The position numbers and the translations under genes are program-made. This document shows, piece by piece, positions 16,459 through 20,000 of a DNA stretch of 20,000 bases. The notes under the pieces are model-generated. The model saw only the letters and a list, made by a program, of their open reading frames with translations. It did not search any database and was not told the origin of the DNA. Positions within the stretch are counted from its first letter, which is position 1; every line of letters starts with the position of its first letter. Source of the DNA: an uncultured virus (IMG/VR IMGVR_UViG_3300042881_000982) (lineage: Duplodnaviria > Heunggongvirae > Uroviricota > Caudoviricetes); IMG/VR virus record IMGVR_UViG_3300042881_000982; one strand, written 5' to 3'.

Positions 16459-16744
16459 CTTTTTCTCCTTCGTCTGGCTTCTTGGGCTTGATTGAGCCGC
16501 TGCCCTGCCCTGCCATAAGTCCTGCCAATGCACCCACGATAAAAGTCGCTATCGGGTTAATCAGCTTAAAAAACTCAGCGTCATTCGGGGACTGCCCCTC
16601 CATCGGCTGCGATACAAATATCAGCGAATACAACACCGTCGCCACAATGAACATCAACGTAAACGACAGGACAACGCCGACAATGAAACGTAGCAGTTCC
16701 TCTGGCGACCAATACTTAACCTTCCTCGACAACTTCTTTCTCAC
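16442..16744 (-). CDS. Two-TM membrane protein (about 100 aa); holin candidate, paralogue of the downstream gene
   Basis: Basic N-terminus, TM1 FIVGVVLSFTLMFIVATVLYSLIFV, TM2 IATFIVGALAGLMAG, charged tail. Exact start uncertain (GTG 16744 or TTG 16732). Confidence 0.65.
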   Translation of the reverse strand: MRKKLSRKVKYWSPEELLRFIVGVVLSFTLMFIVATVLYSLIFVSQPMEGQSPNDAEFFKLINPIATFIVGALAGLMAGQGSGSIKPKKPDEGEKDELPE

Positions 16745-16910
16745 CTGTATCTATCAGCCATTCGGTGCAATAGCCCATAGCGATACAGCGAGGCTTCTTG
16801 CAGAGTTCGTCTTCCCAGTTTGCTGGGTCTTGGCAGTCATAACGGTAACGGTCTTGGCAACCCGAAAGAGCTACCAAGACCAATAGCAAGCTAGCTACCC
16901 GCCGAGACAT
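16716..16910 (-). CDS. Small Cys-rich lipoprotein (64 aa); o-spanin-like candidate
   Basis: Signal peptide II: MSRR, hydrophobic core, lipobox LSG-C. The mature part has four further Cys. TAATG overlap with the upstream gene. Confidence 0.7.
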   Translation of the reverse strand: MSRRVASLLLVLVALSGCQDRYRYDCQDPANWEDELCKKPRCIAMGYCTEWLIDTGEKEVVEEG

Positions 16911-17101
16911 TAGTTTACTCGTTGTTGCGGTATCTGCTCGTTGGCTTGTGTGAATACCTTACGGATAACCGGGTCGGAGACACGGTGCGGCATTTCAGCA
17001 AGCGCAGCGAGAACGGTGTTCAATTCTTGGATAGACAGGACGACCGTAATTTCCGGCGCGGCCTGCTTCTCAACGTCATACTTATCAAGTTCTGGATTCA
17101 T
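16910..17101 (-). CDS. Small helical phage protein (63 aa), tail-fibre-associated hypothetical
   Basis: GAAGGAG RBS and TAATG overlaps at both ends. The 'LSIQELNTVLAALAEMPHRVSDPVIRKV..Q' pattern resembles small proteins found after phage fibre genes. Confidence 0.65.
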   Translation of the reverse strand: MNPELDKYDVEKQAAPEITVVLSIQELNTVLAALAEMPHRVSDPVIRKVFTQANEQIPQQRVN

Positions 17102-17502
17102 TACTCTTCTCCTTCAGGTGCTGCGGTGGGGGTAACAGGGGGTGTTGGTGTTGGGGTTGGTGTTGGGTCCCACGGGAAATCGCCTTCGGGGACGTCCACT
17201 ACTGGGTCTTTGATTAGCGCAATCTGCTTGTTGATTTGCGCATCGACGTGCTCCTTGTAAGAACCGACAACAACGGCTTCTATCCAACCAAGGACATCGG
17301 CTTCTGTCAAGTCTTCATAGGGAATGAACGTGGCCGGATCGAGGCTGTCCAACGGGAATGGCGTCGCGCCATTAAAGGTACCGCTGTCGCCGTCTTCGTC
17401 CGTGCCGGTGCAGGTCCATGTGGATTGAACGACAAAGTTATCGACTGTGCCGTCTGTGGTTTTCTTCAGGGACGTGATCGCCCAAGTGTACGTAAGTGCC
17501 AT
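17101..17502 (-). CDS. Tail-fibre-associated acidic protein (133 aa), possible fibre assembly chaperone/cap
   Basis: 'YTWAITSL...WTCTGTD...FIPYEDLTEADVLGWI...PW' pattern, AAGGA RBS, directly after the S74-bearing fibre. Ends in a Pro-Thr repeat tail. Confidence 0.65.
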   Translation of the reverse strand: MALTYTWAITSLKKTTDGTVDNFVVQSTWTCTGTDEDGDSGTFNGATPFPLDSLDPATFIPYEDLTEADVLGWIEAVVVGSYKEHVDAQINKQIALIKDPVVDVPEGDFPWDPTPTPTPTPPVTPTAAPEGEE

Positions 17503-17503
17503 A

Positions 17504-20000
17504 TTACTGTTCCTTTGCTTCTAGGGCTTTTACCTTATCTGTGAGTTCTTTTACAGCCTGAATTAACAAGCCGATAGTCGCGTTGTAATCGACGGTCTTA
17601 ATGTCTTCATCACCACCGATTGCCTCTGGCAGAACCGCTTCGATTTCCTGCGCGATGACACCAGCATACCGACGCTCTTTGTCGTCCATGTCCGTGCGGG
17701 TGTATGTCACACCGCGTATCTGGTCGAGTTTGTCCAGCGCGCTTGGGATTGTTTCGATGTTGGCCTTGAGGCGGATGTCAGAATAGGCAGTGACGTTGCC
17801 GGTTGCAACGCAGTCACCGTTGTCCTGAACGTAGAACATGATGGTAACTGTACCGCTGACGTTCTTAGCAATGCCGTAGCGCCAGCCGCTGTTGTCTGAA
17901 CCGAACTCTTGCCGGATTGAATAGGGCGAACCAGTAGACGGAATAATCCGGCCTCCGCCCCCTCCACCTGCGGGGGATGATCCAAACGTAACGATATTTA
18001 GCGCCGAGGTGCCTGCCGGATCAGTATAGTAGCCAGTGTTGTCGTAATCATAGAAGATAGGTGCGCGCATATCCGAGACGGCACGCATACTTGGGTCAAG
18101 AGACGCCATGAACGAGCCGTTTTGGATGAGCATCAAGCCATGCGTAGACAGGTTTGCAGCGGGACCACCAGCACTTGGATACGAGAACCAGAGACCATAC
18201 GCGCCAGATAAGCTAGTACCATCTGCGTTGCCTTTGTACGCATCACCTAAAGCCCAAACAAGCTGGTAGCGCGTTGACGAGTAGGTACCGACAATACCAA
18301 GACCGTAGTTATTGAAGGTATGGAAGCCGTCTTGGTTAGAGGTGGTCCAACGAGAAGTGCTGGCCCCGTCAAAATAGTACGCGGTGTTGTTGCTGTCGTA
18401 GAAAATGGGGGCGCGGAACGAGCCGGGGCTTTCGGCGTAATTGGATGCGTAGAGATAAAGCGCGGCATTGTTGTAGTCATTGCCAGCCCATAAGTAAGAC
18501 AATCCGTCGCCGCTACCTAGAGCGCCGAAACCGCCCCTAAAGGTATTAGACGAGCCGTAAAACAGTAGTCCATTAGACCAGCCACCAGCATCACCTTTAA
18601 TCTGCACGTTGCCGCCGCTAGTACTAAGAGTGATGTTCCTACCGCCGAGGATTGAAACAGTACCTCCAAGAACCGTACCGCTGGCCGGATCGACGTAATA
18701 CCCAGTGTTGTTGCTGTCGTAGAAAATAGGTGCACGGAAAGAGGTAGAAGCAAACATATTGCCGGATACATCAATACCGCCAACCGTAGCCCCCGCGCTC
18801 TCGGAGTAAAAATGGAAGGACGCAGTATCAACAAGTTGCGATGTCGTTCGCTTACCGACATACCAAGAGGGGCCAGTAGCGCCGAGATAACGCACCATAG
18901 CTTCGCCGCCGTCGGTCGATTGGATTTGGAGGTACTTGTTACCCCCGCCGCTGATGGTAAGATTAAAAAGGTTAGAAGTACCGGCAAAGTCGCCGTAATA
19001 CCCAGTGTTAGCTAAGTCGTAGAAGATAGGGGCCTGAATACCGTTGCTATTCATGACCGCCATATTGCTACCGCCACGGGTGCGGAAGTAGTGCGTGCTG
19101 TTGTCGTAATAGTTGGCTGGGTCCGCGCCGCCGAGGTAGAGGGCGGCGTTCCCTGTCGGGTCGTACAGTATTTGGTAGCTGGTGTTATCCAACACAATGG
19201 CTGGGTTGCTGTTAGAGAACTGAACCCTACTTGCCCGAATGGTGTTAAGCACCGACGTGCTGTTGGGGTCTACGAAGAACGCAGTGTTGTTGCTGTCGTA
19301 GAAGATAGTCGCACGGACGTCATTGGCTACGATGAAGTTTCCAGTGTTTATCCGCAGCGCTATTGTCGCAGAGCCGTTGGTTATGTCGGCGCTGTTGCCG
19401 TTAACCCAAAACACCATGCCGCTCTGAGCTTCGGTGTAATCAACGCCGATAGCGGAGTATTTGACGCTTCCTGAGTTCATCACAATGACAGGGAATTGGG
19501 ATGCAAGGTATAGCGCCCTGTTCCAACCGCCAGACATTGTAGTCCCGCCGTTAATCTGGACTTGCCCTACTAGATTTGAACCAGATGCGGGATCGACATA
19601 ATACGTAGTGTTGTTGCTGTCGTAGTATATCGGCGAGCGGATATCGGTATTTATGGTGACGTTGCCATAGTTAACCGCCATCTGCTGTTGCCAGCTACTG
19701 CCGTTGTTCGCCCAGTGAGCAAGACCGCCGCCAGAAATGGCATCGATAGCGCCGATGGCAGTGCCACCGTTGGTCCACCAGACAGACGGCACGGTGCCAT
19801 TGCCGTCGAAGGCCACGACACGATTTGTGCCGCGACCAGTAATGACGTTGCTAAAGGTTGTTCCTGCGGGTGTGAGGTTGCCGTTACCCGCGTTTAGCGC
19901 ACCTTCAATCAGCAAGCCATTCACGCCGCTAGATGAAGCAGCAAGTCCGCTTCCTATGGTCGTCCCGCCGTTGATGTGTAGCTTTTTATTCGCGACAATC
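17504..20000 (-). CDS. Long tail fibre with C-terminal peptidase S74 intramolecular chaperone; start lies beyond the right edge
   Basis: C-terminal 'GNVTAY-SDIRLKANIETI..ALDKLDQIRGVTY...GVIAQEIEAVLPEA...VDYNATIGLLIQAVKEL' is the S74 signature. The frame stays open upstream of 19924 to the window edge (IVANKKLHINGGTTIGSGLAASSSG-V), so 19924 is probably not the real start. Confidence 0.9.
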   Translation of the reverse strand, partial: IVANKKLHINGGTTIGSGLAASSSGVNGLLIEGALNAGNGNLTPAGTTFSNVITGRGTNRVVAFDGNGTVPSVWWTNGGTAIGAIDAISGGGLAHWANNGSSWQQQMAVNYGNVTINTDIRSPIYYDSNNTTYYVDPASGSNLVGQVQINGGTTMSGGWNRALYLASQFPVIVMNSGSVKYSAIGVDYTEAQSGMVFWVNGNSADITNGSATIALRINTGNFIVANDVRATIFYDSNNTAFFVDPNSTSVLNTIRASRVQFSNSNPAIVLDNTSYQILYDPTGNAALYLGGADPANYYDNSTHYFRTRGGSNMAVMNSNGIQAPIFYDLANTGYYGDFAGTSNLFNLTISGGGNKYLQIQSTDGGEAMVRYLGATGPSWYVGKRTTSQLVDTASFHFYSESAGATVGGIDVSGNMFASTSFRAPIFYDSNNTGYYVDPASGTVLGGTVSILGGRNITLSTSGGNVQIKGDAGGWSNGLLFYGSSNTFRGGFGALGSGDGLSYLWAGNDYNNAALYLYASNYAESPGSFRAPIFYDSNNTAYYFDGASTSRWTTSNQDGFHTFNNYGLGIVGTYSSTRYQLVWALGDAYKGNADGTSLSGAYGLWFSYPSAGGPAANLSTHGLMLIQNGSFMASLDPSMRAVSDMRAPIFYDYDNTGYYTDPAGTSALNIVTFGSSPAGGGGGGRIIPSTGSPYSIRQEFGSDNSGWRYGIAKNVSGTVTIMFYVQDNGDCVATGNVTAYSDIRLKANIETIPSALDKLDQIRGVTYTRTDMDDKERRYAGVIAQEIEAVLPEAIGGDEDIKTVDYNATIGLLIQAVKELTDKVKALEAKEQ
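18004..19639 (-). repeat. Six dispersed copies of a ~21-aa motif, consensus RAPIFYDxxNTxYYxDPxxTS
   Basis: Copies begin at about 19639, 19315, 19036, 18736, 18415 and 18067, spaced 279-348 nt apart, with dissimilar sequence in between. Confidence 0.9.

Noticed and set aside
15365..16533. ORF-track starts at 16533, 16009 and 15386 (also 8208 and 5393 elsewhere)
   Set aside because: Downstream ATGs at 16458, 15991, 15365, 8157 and 5381 have better RBSs or stop-start overlaps and reduce overlap with the upstream genes.
18004..19639. CRISPR-like or shufflon-like reading of the repeat/unique alternation
   Set aside because: The repeats are degenerate at synonymous positions, in frame, all in direct orientation and about 300 bp apart. 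No cas gene or invertase is present in the window.
1..20000. Stop-codon reassignment, introns or inteins
   Set aside because: Genes tile almost completely under the standard code, with TAA, TAG and TGA all used as stops. I saw no intein or homing-endonuclease motifs or split genes.

Overview
This is a 20 kb piece of the virion-morphogenesis and lysis region of a tailed dsDNA phage, most likely podovirus-type with a Gram-negative host. About 20 tightly packed genes all lie on the minus strand, many coupled by TAATG/ATGA-type overlaps. Transcription runs right to left: a long tail fibre with six copies of a 'RAPIFYDxxNTxYYxDP' motif and a C-terminal S74 chaperone; two small fibre-associated genes; an unusual lysis-like cassette (Cys-rich lipoprotein, two paralogous 2-TM proteins, GH19 endolysin, small membrane protein); a 22-aa-repeat structural protein; a second fibre with a Gly-rich adhesin-like partner; a P22 gp10-like tail hub; a needle/knob-like protein; then internal virion/DNA-ejection proteins with a GNAT-like gene among them. 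The ORF track misses two likely genes (a large one at <1..1312 and a 26-28 aa ORF at 10553..10639) and places several starts too far upstream. I saw no RNA genes, CRISPR array, integrase, reverse transcriptase or transposase. All family assignments come from motif recognition and gene order, not database searches.
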